A stretch of 64,000 nucleotides of DNA, from NCBI GenBank assembly GCA_002633005.1, contig NMRA01000539.1, forward strand, positions 1 to 64,000, given 5' to 3'. How positions within the stretch are numbered: the stretch's first letter is position 1; each line of letters begins with the position of its first letter. Shown here one piece after another: positions 1 to 12,989 of this stretch. The notes under the pieces are model-generated. The model had not been told where the DNA came from. It saw only the letters and a list, made by a program, of their open reading frames with translations, and made no database searches. This stretch comes from Phoronis australis. Lineage: Eukaryota > Animalia > Phoronida. The position numbers and the translations under genes were made by a program.

Positions 1-448
1 AGACAAAATTTTGTATTTAACATGGGGTCGCCGAAAATTGCCAATTTTGGCCTTTTGATATCAGTTCATCGTCATAGACTATCATTAGTGGGTCTAGTTA
101 ATTCGAAGTTTTTGGTTAAGTCACTGATAATATTCACCCCAGTATACTAGTAAACGTTTTCTCTATATATCACAGTTTGATTCCAATGCTTAAGTAGTGC
201 GTACAACAGGGATTGGCCCTTGACCGGCCCGGCCCATGGGAGCTAAGAATTCAGCTCTAGGCCAAAGTAGCTATCATATGCAGAAAACTCAGTCACCTGA
301 GGTGTTTACGATCCACTTCAGAGAAAAAAAACCTCGTTGTACCTAACAATAATTTGTTTCCGAGTACTTCGGGCATGGTTTAAAATTGAAAGGGGTCATT
401 ACAAGTTGAATTTATGAGAATTGTATTGGTGCATTGCGAACTGAAAAC

Positions 449-755
449 TAGTCGATTGACGGGTAGTGCGAGATAAGGCAACGAGTAAGGACAGCTTTGA
501 TTTGCTTACGAGTAGTGACTCATGATTGGCCAGACATCTGTACTAATGTGTTTTGTCTTTCCTTTTCAACGGAATATATTTGAACTTTGGTAATTTTGGG
601 CATAGTCGATTGACGGGTAGTGCGAGATAAGGCAACGAGTAAGGACAGCTTTGATTTGCTTACGAGTAGTGACTCATGGTTGGCCAGACATCTGTACTAA
701 TGTGTTTTGTCTTTCCTTTTCAACGGAATATATTTGAACTTTGGTAATTTTGGGC
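449..755. repeat. Two-copy tandem duplication, 154-bp period
   Basis: 449-601 repeated at 603-755 nearly identically. Confidence 0.92.
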
Positions 756-992
756 TACAAAATGTAGAACAACCTTCCTGGGTGCTTCTCTCCAGTAGAC
801 ACGCGGAGAGTGAAGCACTGGTCCATAAGCGATGACCTAATTTACGCAGAGAACCTGGCGGATGACCTAGTTTACGAATTGATGTAAGTTATTCCTAATC
901 AAACCACACAATTCTGGATAAAAAGCCCAACTCAAAAATTATGTACAAGAACTCCTGCACACTTGCACACACTATTTGGGTCCGAGCAAATA

Positions 993-2330
993 AACAAGAT
1001 GAAAGCGCTCTGAGGAGCGAAACTTGGCGAAATTAACCAAAAAAACACGTTCGAGAGGACGAGAAAAGGCGACGACAGAGATGATAACGAAGATGGCAGC
1101 TATGACGACGATGGTACGACAGAGATGATGACAAAGATGGCAGCTATGACGACGATGGTGGCGATAATGGACAACCCTAGTTTTGATATCATTCATATAA
1201 CGAACGTAGAGGTCAGAAATCACTAAGAAATAGGCTACAGTCTTGAGCGACACTTGGCGAAATCAACTGAAGAAAAGACGACGTCGGAGATGATGACGAA
1301 GATGACGAATATGATGATGGTGGTGGCCATGATGAACATCATAACATTCATATGACGAATTTAGATGTCATAAATCATTAAGAAATAGGCTGCAGTCTAG
1401 TTCAATAGAAGCTAAACCAACCTGAATCCAGCAAGAGCGCTCAACAAAGGAGCAGCGTTATCACAAAATCTCAAATAACTCAAAAAGTAGACGTCGTAAA
1501 GAAAAATGGAAAGCATCTTCTGAAAGCCCGTTCAAAGTTCTATCTAAACTGATGGTATCGCTTAATTCCGTAAATTTTTCGAAAAAATGAAATTTTGCGT
1601 TTTTTTAAGAAATTCAAAGTCAAATAACTCGAAAACGGTAAGTCTGAGAAAAAAATTGTTACAGGCCATTTGAAAGATTATACTTTATAGAATCTACATG
1701 CAAAAAATCACGTGTTTTTCTTTTCCCGTTTAAAATCTCACCGCAGACGACTGAAAATGGGTCAACATGCGCCAGATCCGCCATCTTGAAAGCAACTTCC
1801 GGTTTTTTGGCTTTGTATAATCGCATGTCATAAGAAACTAATACCTATAAAAATTCGAAGGAATTGGTTTGATAATGCGCCCTCTAGAGGAGAAAAAGTT
1901 TTTAGGCCAAAATCGAGGTGCGCATGCGCGATCGCCGATATTTCCGCCATCTTTAACCGGAAGTGAACAATTTCCGGTATACTTGTAGCAAACTTCCGGT
2001 CCATTTACTGTGCCGATTCTTAGCCTTTTACGTAAAAAATTGTAGCCTCCAGAAGCATTTGAACCTTTAAATGGAAACAAAATGGCCGCCACAGCCGCCA
2101 TCTTGGATCCGAATTTGACGAAAAACAATAGGCTTCCAGTACTTCCGGAAATACGTGTTATGTGTAAATTTCGTATACTTCCGGAAGTACGTGTTATGTG
2201 TAAATTTCGTGATGATCGGACGAAAATTGCGACCTGTATCGTGCGAACAAACAAACAAAAAAAAAACAAAAAAAACAAACTTAGTGTCAGAGCAATATAC
2301 TTGGCGAAATTTATTTCGCCAAGTAACAAA
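993..2330 (-). mobile_element. Non-autonomous Helentron-associated element (HINE/DINE-1-like), structurally complete
   Basis: Palindrome TACTTGGCGAAAT-TT-ATTTCGCCAAGTA (2298-2325), adjacent AAAC-type microsatellite, matching subTIR ACTTGGCGAAAT at 1022-1033 next to short hairpin CGCTC-TGAG-GAGCG (1006-1019); both ends lie in T runs on the minus strand. Confidence 0.75.
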
Positions 2331-3076
2331 GGGTACCAACCCAAACATGAACCAAAGCAATGGTTTTCAAAGATGACCTAGCATGGGGTTTTAGGTTTCC
2401 TTTTGAATTTTAGTGGGAAAGCACAACTATTTACTAATAGTTTCAGTGCCAACTGCATCTTTCAACACAACAGAAAACTTGTTCTTGCTTGAAACAGGTT
2501 GGGAATGTACACAACCCAATACATGCAGTGGTTGATAATCTTATTTGAAGGATTTCGAACAAGACTCAAAATAATGACAGAAGAAAGACTACGGGACAAG
2601 CGCAACGGAAAAGTTTCCAGATGTGAAAGACTACAGGATTTAAGACACTCACTGAAGATTTAAAAAACCCAAGCATGTCATTTCCATTTACTGCTTAAAA
2701 TGTAAAATCAAGAAATATGCTAATTTTAAGACAATCAAACTAGACATGAGTTCCATTACCATAACCGTATCAGTACTAACATTTAGCTAGAATAGAGAGA
2801 TAACAAGTGACTGAGTTAATGGTATAACCAACTCCTGTGAGTCTCTGCACCCTTTTTTGACTTGCAAACGCTCAGAATATTCCACGGGCCAATGCAGTCC
2901 AACAAGGAATTCTTTGGGACTATTACACAGGAAAAGTGTGTAAAGTTCTACTGATGTAAACACAGTTTAAAGTTAAACCCATTAACAAAGCAATTCGTGA
3001 ATTGACAATAGGCAAGTTACTACAGACAAAAACAATAGTTGTAAGACAGCATTTCAGTGTTATCAACTTTCCTCAC

Positions 3077-3188
3077 CAGTTAATGACTTTTTGGACCAGA
3101 CTAGTGCTGCCACCTTTCATGCCAAGCTCCTTTTTCACGGTGGGGTAGGGGTACAATGTGTCGATGGGGAACTCCACAAAAACGGGTC
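3077..3188 (-). CDS. ILVBL: ILVBL-like exon 6 ([15 protein letters not shown]...QKVINW)
   Basis: ggcag|GA CCC ... AAC TG|gtgagg, 112 nt, phase 1/2. Confidence 0.92.
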
Positions 3189-6100
3189 CTGCCATGACAT
3201 AGCAAATGCAATAAAGGCAATATTAGAATTCCACTCTATACAGATTAACTATTGAGAAAGAGAGCTGGCCTCTGACATCTTTCAACCAATAGCATGGTCT
3301 CGGATTACCCAGTTCTATGGTCTTGTTTTCATGACATCGAAGTTTCCTATGTTATTTGATGGCCATTGGCTTTTCAAGTTTTTCTGGACTGCATTAACTT
3401 TAATTGACCTTGCAATGCCAGAGAAGTTTCATTATTATGCCTTGGGCAGAAACTCTTGATAAACTTGAGAAGTATCCGTGGACGCCTATCCGGGACCGAC
3501 CTATTATCCACCAACGTTTAAGAACCTAGTACAACACCAACATATCACGTTCAGGTGAAGGCCATGCGTGAAGTGCGATGACACTTTAACCAAGAAATTT
3601 CACAAAAATACGAAGAGAAAAGGTGAAAATCTTACTAGTTTCATAATACAGTAAATGCACAAAGCTAGCTTGCACATCACAAAAACCTCAAAATGCATTT
3701 CCTCTCACAAAATTTCAGTATCTCGTACAGCTCATCATAACATAGCTGTTGTGATAAGCAGTTCCTTCAGCAAAGTTGACAAACTGCAGCACAAACCTGG
3801 AGTTCCCGACTGTGCCACTTGTAGCGCTTCTCTGACTATGGGTACGATGTCGCGAACCCGAGTGACGGTAGCGCAGTATTTACACAACGGTTTAAACAAG
3901 GACATCTGGTCAATGTCTTGTAGTGCTCCTCGGCCCTGAAAACCAACAAGTTTTTATTAATTTCCCGGGTGTATCATTAGTGTATCTAGACTTACTTGAA
4001 TAACAATAAAAATGTAGACATCAGAACGACAAGCATGCAGTTTCAGAGTTCAACCTACTTAAACATGGAACAACAGTAGGATCATGTAACTTGTTGATAT
4101 GAAATGATAAAGGTAATGCAAGCAGTTTCTTTGAGCGTAATGTCTGACTTGGTTCTGGTTTGTGTTTTGAAAATTGAGGTGCTTCATTTTTCAAGAAAAG
4201 AAACCCCACCCTTGATAAATAATTAAGAAAGATGACATGGGATTTGTTTTTTTTTTTACCCATCGCTTTACAAAGAACAGCATTTCAAGCTTTGCTTACA
4301 CGGATTTGTGCAGCTTTTGAAATAAAACATCAAACCTTAACTAAAATTGATGGTGAACGCAGGTCTCAAAATGAGTTGGGATACAGACCAGCACCAACTA
4401 CGGTATGCTTTTTTCTGGTCTTACATTTAGAATTATACAAGAATGGCAACTATTACAGGTACAAACGCATTAACTTTCTAAGGGTGGTGCTCATTTTCAC
4501 ACAAGCTAAGTAAAGTTTTAGTCATTCCCATGGAAACATTGTGCTGTGACAGATGAGTGTTCTACCCTTTTGGCGTAAATTAAGTGATACATTAAGCAAC
4601 AATGAACACAATCACCGTCTGTCATCAAAAACTAATTTTTGAAAAACGAAGCAGTCACGAATTCCTGTAATGTAACATCACATAATCCTGAACAGACTCA
4701 GCTGCTGATCAAATCATTTAGCGTAATACAACACACTAACTGATGATCACATTCAAACAAAATTACAACATGCCTATACATATGTGTGGCCCTGCACGTT
4801 ACACGATCAGGGCCCTGCATGTCACACGATTAGGGCCCTGCACGTTACACAACCAGGGCCCTGCACGTTACACGACCAGGGCCCTGCCCGTTACACGACC
4901 AGGCTCTTATATAGTACACAAACATGCTAATGTATGCTACATGACAAGGCCCAAGTACAGTAGACGACCAGACGCATGAACGGTATACAACCAGACTCAT
5001 GTAGGGTACATGACCAGACCTTCAGTAAAGTAGCAGCAGCTCCGCCCATCAGCAACAGGGGGGACTCTGCCATTTGAGCATTCTTGACAGCTGTGACGGT
5101 ATTGGTCAGTCCGGGTCCTGCAGTGACAGCTGCCACGCCCACTGTGCCAGAGAGACGCGCCACGGCATCAGCGGCAAACACAGCAGTCACCTATAGGTAC
5201 ATTGAGAAAGAGACTTACAAACAAGGCAGACATCGCTTATTTCGTAGAAATACTGGGGATTAAGTAAATGTAGCAACTGATACAAACAAAATGAATATCT
5301 CAGAGTGGAATAAATTTACGTTTTAATGCAAATCACAATTTGGCATTTTCAAAAATGTCACAGGGAAGTCTCCATTGTCACAGCTCTTTGGTGTTTTGGG
5401 TAATATTCAGATATAACATGCTCGTATTTTGAAAACCAGTTTGATGCCCGTTATTCAATGGAGAAAACTGGTTCTTAAAAATTGGGCACGTTATAGCCGA
5501 CCATTACCGATTTTTGCATGTATAATTCACATCAGCTTTGCTTTTGTCATGTATGTGAGACACAATATTTGTCAGTGTTAATGATGAATTGCATTATCTT
5601 ACACTTTGTGGAAAAGGAACCACCACTTGATGCAGCATAAAATAACTGCAAACTCAACAAAACATTATCAGTCTACTAGGCTCAGCAAATGACACAAAAT
5701 GTCAGAATTTCAGGCAAGCACATTTTGTCACAGAACATCACCATGTCACAGAGATTCCATTCTCTGATAACCAAAAAAATCTGTAAATGTCACTCATTTC
5801 CGACCTTACTGAAGGTGTAAAATAGCAGAACACACAGTCCTTGAAAGATCTTCTTACTGCTTTGCACTACTATGGCGAAAGTTTTTACTTTCGCATGGCT
5901 CCTTCACAAACTTGCATCAATTCTACAGTAAAGATTCAGTCTCAGTAATTACCAATATTCGTTACCTCATGCCTGGTATCCACAACACGTATTCCAAGCT
6001 TCTCACAAGCCACAAGTATCGGCGAGATGTGGCCTCCAACTAAGGTGAACATGTACTTGATTTTGTGCTCCTGGGTAATTTAACAAAAAAAAAACAGAAT

Positions 6101-9100
6101 TAGTACATTAAAAACTAACAAAATTGTTTTGAACATTTATTAAAGAACTTAACCACTCTCTGAACTTTAAAAGGACGAGTCACGAAACCCAAATTTTTTA
6201 TTGCAGACAGGTTTAAATTAAAAGGCAATTAGAATGCATTTACAACTAGTAATAGTGACGATGGACTTCATGACTGCATAAATTGCTGAAAAAGATCTTT
6301 GCAAGACCAAAAATACCTTCTAATCTGAGTAAGAAGCATGGCAAGACTGATATTAAAGAGGTAAGCAGGGTTCGGGTTACAAAAACTGTGTCAATGGGTC
6401 AAGTGACTCTAATATGTGGGTCAATTTTGAAGACCTATTGGTCGTTAATGTCTGCCGTTAAAGCATTCGAGGGTTTTTCTAGCATTATTTCCATGCTCTA
6501 GCTTTGCTTTTGCTTGTGTCTAACCCTCTCTAGTATTGTATAGAGATGCAAGTTTCCTTCTCAGTTCCTTTCTTATAAAACTTAACCACTCATTTTTTTC
6601 AGCGTCTTCCTTACAAAGCACGTACACTTCTAGACCATGCTGAAGTTACAAGAAAAAAGTGGTGCAATTAAATTACAAAGAATTTAATATTTTGTGGACA
6701 ATTTGAATATTCATATATTCACAGTTCAAAAATAGGCAGTTAAATTTACCCATTACCCCAGGTTACAACCAAAACGTGATGTTACACTAAAAAACAAGTG
6801 CAACAAAGCCATTCAAATTGATATAATTTATAATCATCTTTAAAAGAGAATATTTACGCCCTGGCCCTGTCATGTCAGTTATTGATTAATCACTGCAACA
6901 CGGGTAAATGTGATTCACTCGCCGTCAATTTCAAAATATACTACATTCAGCAAAACTTTAAGAGAACTTGTTGTAGTTAATTCAGTTAATTGTTTTATCT
7001 AGCCAGGAATCAAACAAATCGTTCATCACTGTCTACTGCCTTTGCCACCAGGCTAACCTGCAATTCCAGCGAATGCCTGGTAAAAAGAGGCCTTTATATT
7101 TTCCATATTTGAAAACCTGGCATTAATTGGAGACCCATACTGAGTAATACCTGGTGTTTTATTGCAAAAACCGTTTGTCCGTGAGAAGATTTATGGCAAT
7201 CTCTACAAATCATAAATTTCAACTGACCTAATTATGTGGGGACATTTCCAGATGCCGGCGCTAGTTGCACAGCTGGACAAAACATCGTCGTACATCAATA
7301 TATTTCATAGCATAATTCCTTAATTTTCAACACAACTTGAAGTAAACATTTACAATCCTTTACTTTACGTTAATTTTATTAATTATAGTATTTACGTCAG
7401 TTTTTGCAGTCCTTTTGGGACTCAATTTTTTTTCTTTGGCAGCATCTTTCACTCGCGTAATTTCGTCAGCCATTTCTGTTTGGGGTTAGCGATTGGTCTA
7501 GATGCAAACCACAATCACATGTCTCCACAATTTGAATCTTGATTTTTACAGTATAGTAGAGCATCCTATTGCTTACATTAAGTTTGTTGTTTTGGCCATT
7601 TGTTTTGATCGATTGTTTTGCAATTAGTTCGTAATCCCCACTGCAAGACAACATAAGGTGTACTGGGAGACCCAAGGTGAGTAAACAGTGCGTCAATGAC
7701 ATTATTTTGCGCCTAAAGATACACTTGGGTAAAAAATTTGAATGATTATTTAATTTAGTTTCTTCAATGGGATTTGTTACCACAAGCAGAAGACGTGCAG
7801 CCCCACAGCAGAGAGTAGGAATGAGGCAGTGATTGAGAGAGACTGGATAACTAGATCTCTGCCATGCAGCTTATTCATCTCAGTTAGTAATGCAATGCAT
7901 TTTGTAAACTTACCTCAACTGTTAATCTTTAGTTCATTTGATTATAAATAAACCACATCATCTGACCGCATCAATTCCTTGTTTCATTTTAATACTTGAT
8001 TTACGTTTTCCCACCAGAGTAAGCTCTATCCTTATCACGGGTGAGAAACAACATGACCTCAGGTCCTCTTAAATCGGACTGACTCACCCAAAACAGGACC
8101 TCCGGGGATCAAATAGGACTGTCGCACCAGAAAATGGGACTGATGCACCTAAAAACATGACCGCCCCACCAAAAAACAGGACCGCCGGGGACTGAACATG
8201 ACCGCCGGGGATTGAAACCGCATATTGTCCGGCGGTCATGTTCAGACCACGGCAGTCCTGTTTTGTGGTGGGGCGGTCATGTTTTTAGGTGCGTCAGTCC
8301 CATTTTCTGGTGCGACGGTCCCATTTGATCCCCGGAGGTCCTGTTTTGGGTGAGTCAGTCCGATTTAGAGGACCGGCGGTCATGTTGTTTCTCACCCGTG
8401 CTTATGGACGCAAGTACAACACAATGCTGAAACATCCTGGCATTACACCATGATAGGCTATGGCACTATGCCTAAAATTCACTGTAACCACGAAGAATCA
8501 TATTAAATGTATCTGACACATCAAGACCCCAGGTTCATACCTTCAAGACTTCAGCCACTAGTTCACCTCCGTGCCGAGTGGAATGTTCGTCAACCTTAAA
8601 GAAATCAATACATATGTGCAGTCATAAGGCCATATCAAAGATTAGAGTCTATGTTCATAAAATCAGAACAGAGTTACAGTCATCAACTCGCATCTAAGAA
8701 AACTTTCTTTGTCAAATATTCATCAACGTAACTGCAAGCGTATTATAGAAAACAAAAATTATTGCCACACATGAAAAGATTCAAATTCCATAATCAAATC
8801 AAGTATCAGAAAATGCATAGATCCATCATTTTCAAATATGAGGTCTACATAAATTTTACACACGAACATTTTTTCATAGGCTCTATCTTGACACTATAGT
8901 ATATGTGATCTAGCTGGGTGGCTAACAGTTTGCAGGAATCTTGGCGGACAGATTTCTCCTCACAGCATCTTAGGCCTAGATGCCCCACCTTTTTGTTTTG
9001 GAATGTTGACAACTATAGGAAATAGTCAGCTGCAAAGCGGACATGGATTCAGAAACTGAGAACCAGAGCAATAACCCCAGTCATCAAAATAAAGGACAAT

Positions 9101-9615
9101 GAGCTCTAATGTCTGCTCAGAAATTTGAAATGTTTTTAATTGTCTGACCAGGGAGCCAACGCTATAAACCACCTTTGCAATGTTGTCAGTTAGGCTCACT
9201 GTCATACGGGAGAAGCCAGTCACTAGATGGGAAGACCATCCTGTAAAAGTGATTGGCACACCTACTGGACTTAGAACTGCCCAACACATAGTAATCAGTA
9301 TTTACTAGTAGTGAGACCACTCAAAAAAAGTTCGAACGATGAGCAGAAGAAATGAAGCAGAAATGGTCACTTGGCATAATGTGACCGAATCTAGTGTTGG
9401 GGTCTGAGGCAGGGACTGTCGGTGACTACAGACTAGTCACTACACTAGTGTCAATGAGAAGCAGAAAGTCATGTCGAGTGCTAGTTTACCTTATGAAATA
9501 ACTGATACAACAATCCAAATTTATGTATCAGAAACATACAAACGAAGGTGAGAAAAGCGCCAACAATGGCGACAAGATTAGCAAAAAACCACGACATGGG
9601 TAGCGGCAATGCCAT
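3077..9615 (-). CDS. ILVBL: ILVBL/HACL2-like acetolactate synthase-like protein (2-hydroxyacyl-CoA lyase 2), 5' portion, 6 coding exons; 3' part not found in window
   Basis: Exons 9490-9615, 8541-8594, 5966-6070, 5020-5190, 3797-3935, 3077-3188 join in frame at GT-AG sites: hydrophobic N-terminal anchor, then [76 protein letters not shown], the TPP-enzyme pyrimidine-binding domain with catalytic Glu in RHE. Confidence 0.93.
3797..3935 (-). CDS. ILVBL: ILVBL-like exon 5 ([19 protein letters not shown]...AQSGTP)
   Basis: tttcag|GGC ... CCA G|gtttgt, 139 nt, phase 0/1. Confidence 0.93.
4788..5019. repeat. About 23-bp minisatellite (ggccctgcacgttacacgaccag), decaying up to the ILVBL exon 4 donor
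   Basis: About 5 clean copies at 4788-4905 plus degenerate copies to 5019. Confidence 0.85.
5020..5190 (-). CDS. ILVBL: ILVBL-like exon 4 ([15 protein letters not shown]...GGAAATLLK)
   Basis: tatag|GTG ... AAG|gtctgg, 171 nt; matches ORF 4927..5190. Confidence 0.95.
5966..6070 (-). CDS. ILVBL: ILVBL-like exon 3 ([35 protein letters not shown])
   Basis: cccag|GAG ... GAG|gtaacg, 105 nt, phase 0/0. Confidence 0.93.
8036..8400. mobile_element. Foldback MITE with CAC...GTG ends and 5-bp TSD (CTTAT)
   Basis: About 172-bp inverted arms starting CACGGGTGAGAAACAACATGACC; CTTAT at 8031-8035 and 8401-8405. Confidence 0.88.
8541..8594 (-). CDS. ILVBL: ILVBL-like exon 2 ([18 protein letters not shown])
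   Basis: tttaag|GTT ... AAG|gtatga, 54 nt, phase 0/0. Confidence 0.9.
9490..9615 (-). CDS. ILVBL: ILVBL-like coding exon 1 ([11 protein letters not shown]...YQLFHK, membrane anchor)
   Basis: 42 codons ending AAG|gtaaac; hydrophobic stretch and YQLFHK resemble the ILVBL N-terminus; exact start Met (9615 vs 9597) uncertain. Confidence 0.85.
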
Positions 9616-10229
9616 GACGGTGAACTCTAGGCCTTTGAAAGTTTGGTGCACAAACAATCTATAGTGACCTTCAACCTTCAAACGTACAGTCTCAAACTAA
9701 TTATTGGTTCCAAACATTAACATTTAAAAAGAAAATTAACAATACTATCTATAATTATAACAAAAGATTGTGATAGAAGTTGATGTTGATGCTGAAACAA
9801 CAAACACAAACTATAGTTAATTGCTTTTTATTGAAAGTATAAGAGATTAGCCTCGTTATCACAATTCTAGTCATTTCCTTGTTCGAAGTAGGAACACGTA
9901 ATGATCATGTTTTACAATTTAATGTCATTTGCCACGTTTTTAATAGAATAAGAAGTGTATATCGACAGACTGAAAAGGTAGGTTCAAGTGTACAGGAGGC
10001 ATTTTGGTCTAGCCGTGTACCATATGCATCACGTGGTTGTGGTGAAAACTCCCTTGTGCAGTTGTGGCCTAGTTGTTGAATGTTTTGCTGCTGACCGCAC
10101 TCAGTCTCAGTCACCACAGACACGTTTATCGGCCCTCGACGATATAGTATAACAAAGAGACCTCTTTATTTAGTGTATAGGGCTGATTGAAGGTTTTTGT
10201 GCAGTCACAAACCACTGGCACTGCTAGTG

Positions 10230-10985
10230 CTATTGCAGTTAGCCAGCCAGCTAGCTGTATGAAGACTGAAATACAGCTAGATACCACTGTGTGTACTGTT
10301 ATTCTTCAGTCCATAGACCCCGAAATTGCACACAGCCAGGGTAGTTCTGCTTGTCACCTCGCCATGAAACCTGTATCAACATGTAGAGCTAAAGACCAGA
10401 TGGGGTGCATGCAAAATCTGGGAATTAAACGACACCTTGCCCGTTACAACCGTTTAAGTGGAAAACAATATAATAAACATCATTTTCTTGCGTAATTCTC
10501 TGCCTTTTCTAACAAAGAAAAGTTATGTCGTACTGAAAACAGTACGCTTGTGACATGCACATGCTCCATTTCCTGAATTTTTGAGACATCTCTCGGGAGA
10601 TGATGATAGCTTGGCAGCAGCAAAATTTCATCTGAAATTCGGTTTTTCGTTATCAAAATTCTGAAAACTTATTATGAAATGAAACCAGTTCCAATAATTT
10701 GTTGTGACATGTATGCAATCTCGTGAAAGAATAACGGTTGGTTGAAGAATCTGAGATAAAAAAAACTGGCCAATAGGTGACGCAATATTTCATGGTGCCG
10801 AAAGGCTATCACTAAAGATTGCTCCACAACTTTACAGCAGAATAACGGCAGAACGCCATTTTTTCCAACACCATTAAATAATTTAGCTTACTCAAGGAAG
10901 ATTGTAGTTTTTAATGACAATAATTTTGCGTCAGATTTTATCTTACCACTTTTTTACCCACATCGGCGCCAAGCTGTGTATTTAT
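10230..10985 (+). repeat. Interspersed repeat, copy 1 (unclassified, about 750 bp)
   Basis: Colinear similarity to 36108-36810 (e.g. atacagctag-taccactgtgtgt, cacacagccaggg, ccacatcggcgc-aagctgt). Confidence 0.8.
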
Positions 10986-11264
10986 ATACAGCTTTGTACC
11001 AAGGCTATGTTTTAGTGTGCCGTACCTGAACTATAACTTCCACACCACCAGCTTCAGAGATATCCACAAACAATCGGTGGTTAACCCGGAGTGGTGCTCT
11101 ACTTATCAACAGACACACAACCGAGGCCACTCGGTCAGCTTTGGAGAACTGTGGTTGCAACTACCCATCATACTATTCACATGTGCTGACTGCTTGCAGT
11201 TTTTGCAAACGGCAGTTGTCAAAGAAAATTGATGAAATGTGGAATGTGCGACTTTCACAATAGT

Positions 11265-11805
11265 TTTGTTGTGAAACTTGCTTTCGGTGAATCATATATG
11301 AGCCTCTGTTAGCCGCTCACTAACAGGAAATTGCCTATTACTTAGCTGAATGGTTAGCACGCTCGCCAGTTATATCGAAGTCGATGATTCGATTCCCGGG
11401 TCGGTTAATCTCGGCTATTATGACCATTGGCGTAGTCAGCAAACAGATGATATTCCGATGAAGCACTACACGGACCCTCAGACCTCAGACAACATGCTTG
11501 GTGGTGATCCTAGACCAGGAGTCAAGAACCTTAATGCGAGACAATCTTGAAGTTCATCTGCCAGGCAGCCATCTTGGTGAGGTAAAAGTACAGGAGTAGA
11601 ATCTTGTGTTCACCTGCTAGGTGGAGCGCTTGTTCATAGGAAAGGGGGAATGTTGTGAAACGTGCTTCTGGTGAGTCATATATGAGCCTCTGCTAGCCAC
11701 TCGCTAATGGGTAATTGACTATTTGCTGAATGGTTTGCACGATTGCCTGTTATATCGGGGTCGCTGATTCGATTTCCGGGTCGGGTAATCTTAGCCATTG
11801 CGACA
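11265..11805 (+). repeat. Two diverged copies of a roughly 150-bp unit with tRNA-like head (SINE-like relic)
   Basis: 11265-11420 resembles 11650-11805; A-box-like TAGCTGAATGG at 11343 and B-box-like GATTCGATTCC about 43 nt downstream; no intact cloverleaf. Confidence 0.5.
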
Positions 11806-12934
11806 GTTTAAAAACATACCTGGATTACAAAATAATCATCCTCTGTTCTGTTCACGTTCCCTGCACTAGAATTAACAACCTACAATTAAAGAAATTTGTC
11901 AATAAAAAAAGACTGCCTTCAAAATAGAGATCTTGTCATTCCACCAGATGAAGGTTAGGAGGGATGATCTCGTTTCTAAGTCAACCAATGGCATTCAAGT
12001 ACAAACTAAGTCATTAGGTTAACTGGGTACAGTTCAGTAACTCTTGGACCTGTTCTCATTTAAAATGCACAGCAATATTTCACATAATCTCGCGAAGTCT
12101 TGCTTGTTAGCGAAGTCCTAGCGTTACTGTACTCTAGCCTGTTGACATCTTTTCACAAATCACGACATCAACTTACGGCAATGTGTGGAAAATGTTGACA
12201 TTTTTGCATATACTGCTGACTTTTTTCATTAAATGACTATCTGTTTTGGTTAGGAACTGGCATTGTATCGTGCTTCATTCAGGCCTTGCAACTACCACAG
12301 ATATGACATTAATTTGCAATATTTTGGCCAAATTGCGCTCCACGGTTTATCAACCTTGTGGAGCATGTCTGTGAGTACTTATTTAGAGACGGGTTACATG
12401 ATTAGCTACACTCGATCAGAAACCAGCAGTAGTAGTAGTAGAGTACTTATTCATGTGTACTGACTTTAATAGCGATTTTCGCGAGCAGCGGTTTTCAAAT
12501 AAATTTGGAATGTTCGGTAATAGTCGGATAGATGGGTCCCTGACTTAAAATTGATTTGAGAACCAGCCACTCCCGCTGAATATCAGGCGTTCTTCAGTGG
12601 AAGTAACTGGTTCTCAAATCAGAGACCCATGTATCTGACTTGGCGGATTGTTAGATACATTCACACTTGTACACTTGTTCCCAAACACAATCATTCACTT
12701 TAAACAGACCTCAGATCTTATCAATGTAGCGGCTTGCTTTGCTAGAGATGTATTTGGTCAGCTTGTTCATACAAGGTACATGAAAATTACTCTTGTGTGG
12801 GTCCTAACTACTCTAGTAACAATGTGAATAGCTGCGTTGACCTCTTGTGAGAGAACGATGGCAATGCACTAGTGCTCTGTGCTAGTGCTCACTTGACATT
12901 AGCACTCGTACTAGCTTATAAGTGCGCGTGTTTT

Positions 12935-12945
12935 AAGATGGCGGC
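12935..12945 (+). promoter_or_regulatory. YY1-type motif AAGATGGCGGC, candidate promoter element upstream of the MFSD4-like gene
   Basis: Consensus match about 1.1 kb upstream of the ATG, overlapping a CCAAT; motif match only. Confidence 0.35.
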
Positions 12946-12989
12946 CAATGAGGGTAGTGAAGTGCTAGTCTTGCAAAATCGGGTTATTT

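Noticed and set aside
768-890. Short exon-like plus-strand segment ending in gtaagt
   Set aside because: No partner exons or recognisable protein similarity.
1838-2381. Overlapping ORFs of 73-168 aa
   Set aside because: They lie in the HINE's repeats and microsatellite; no recognisable domain.
11343-11410. Possible tRNA gene
   Set aside because: A/B-box-like motifs but no acceptor or anticodon stems; treated as a SINE-like relic.
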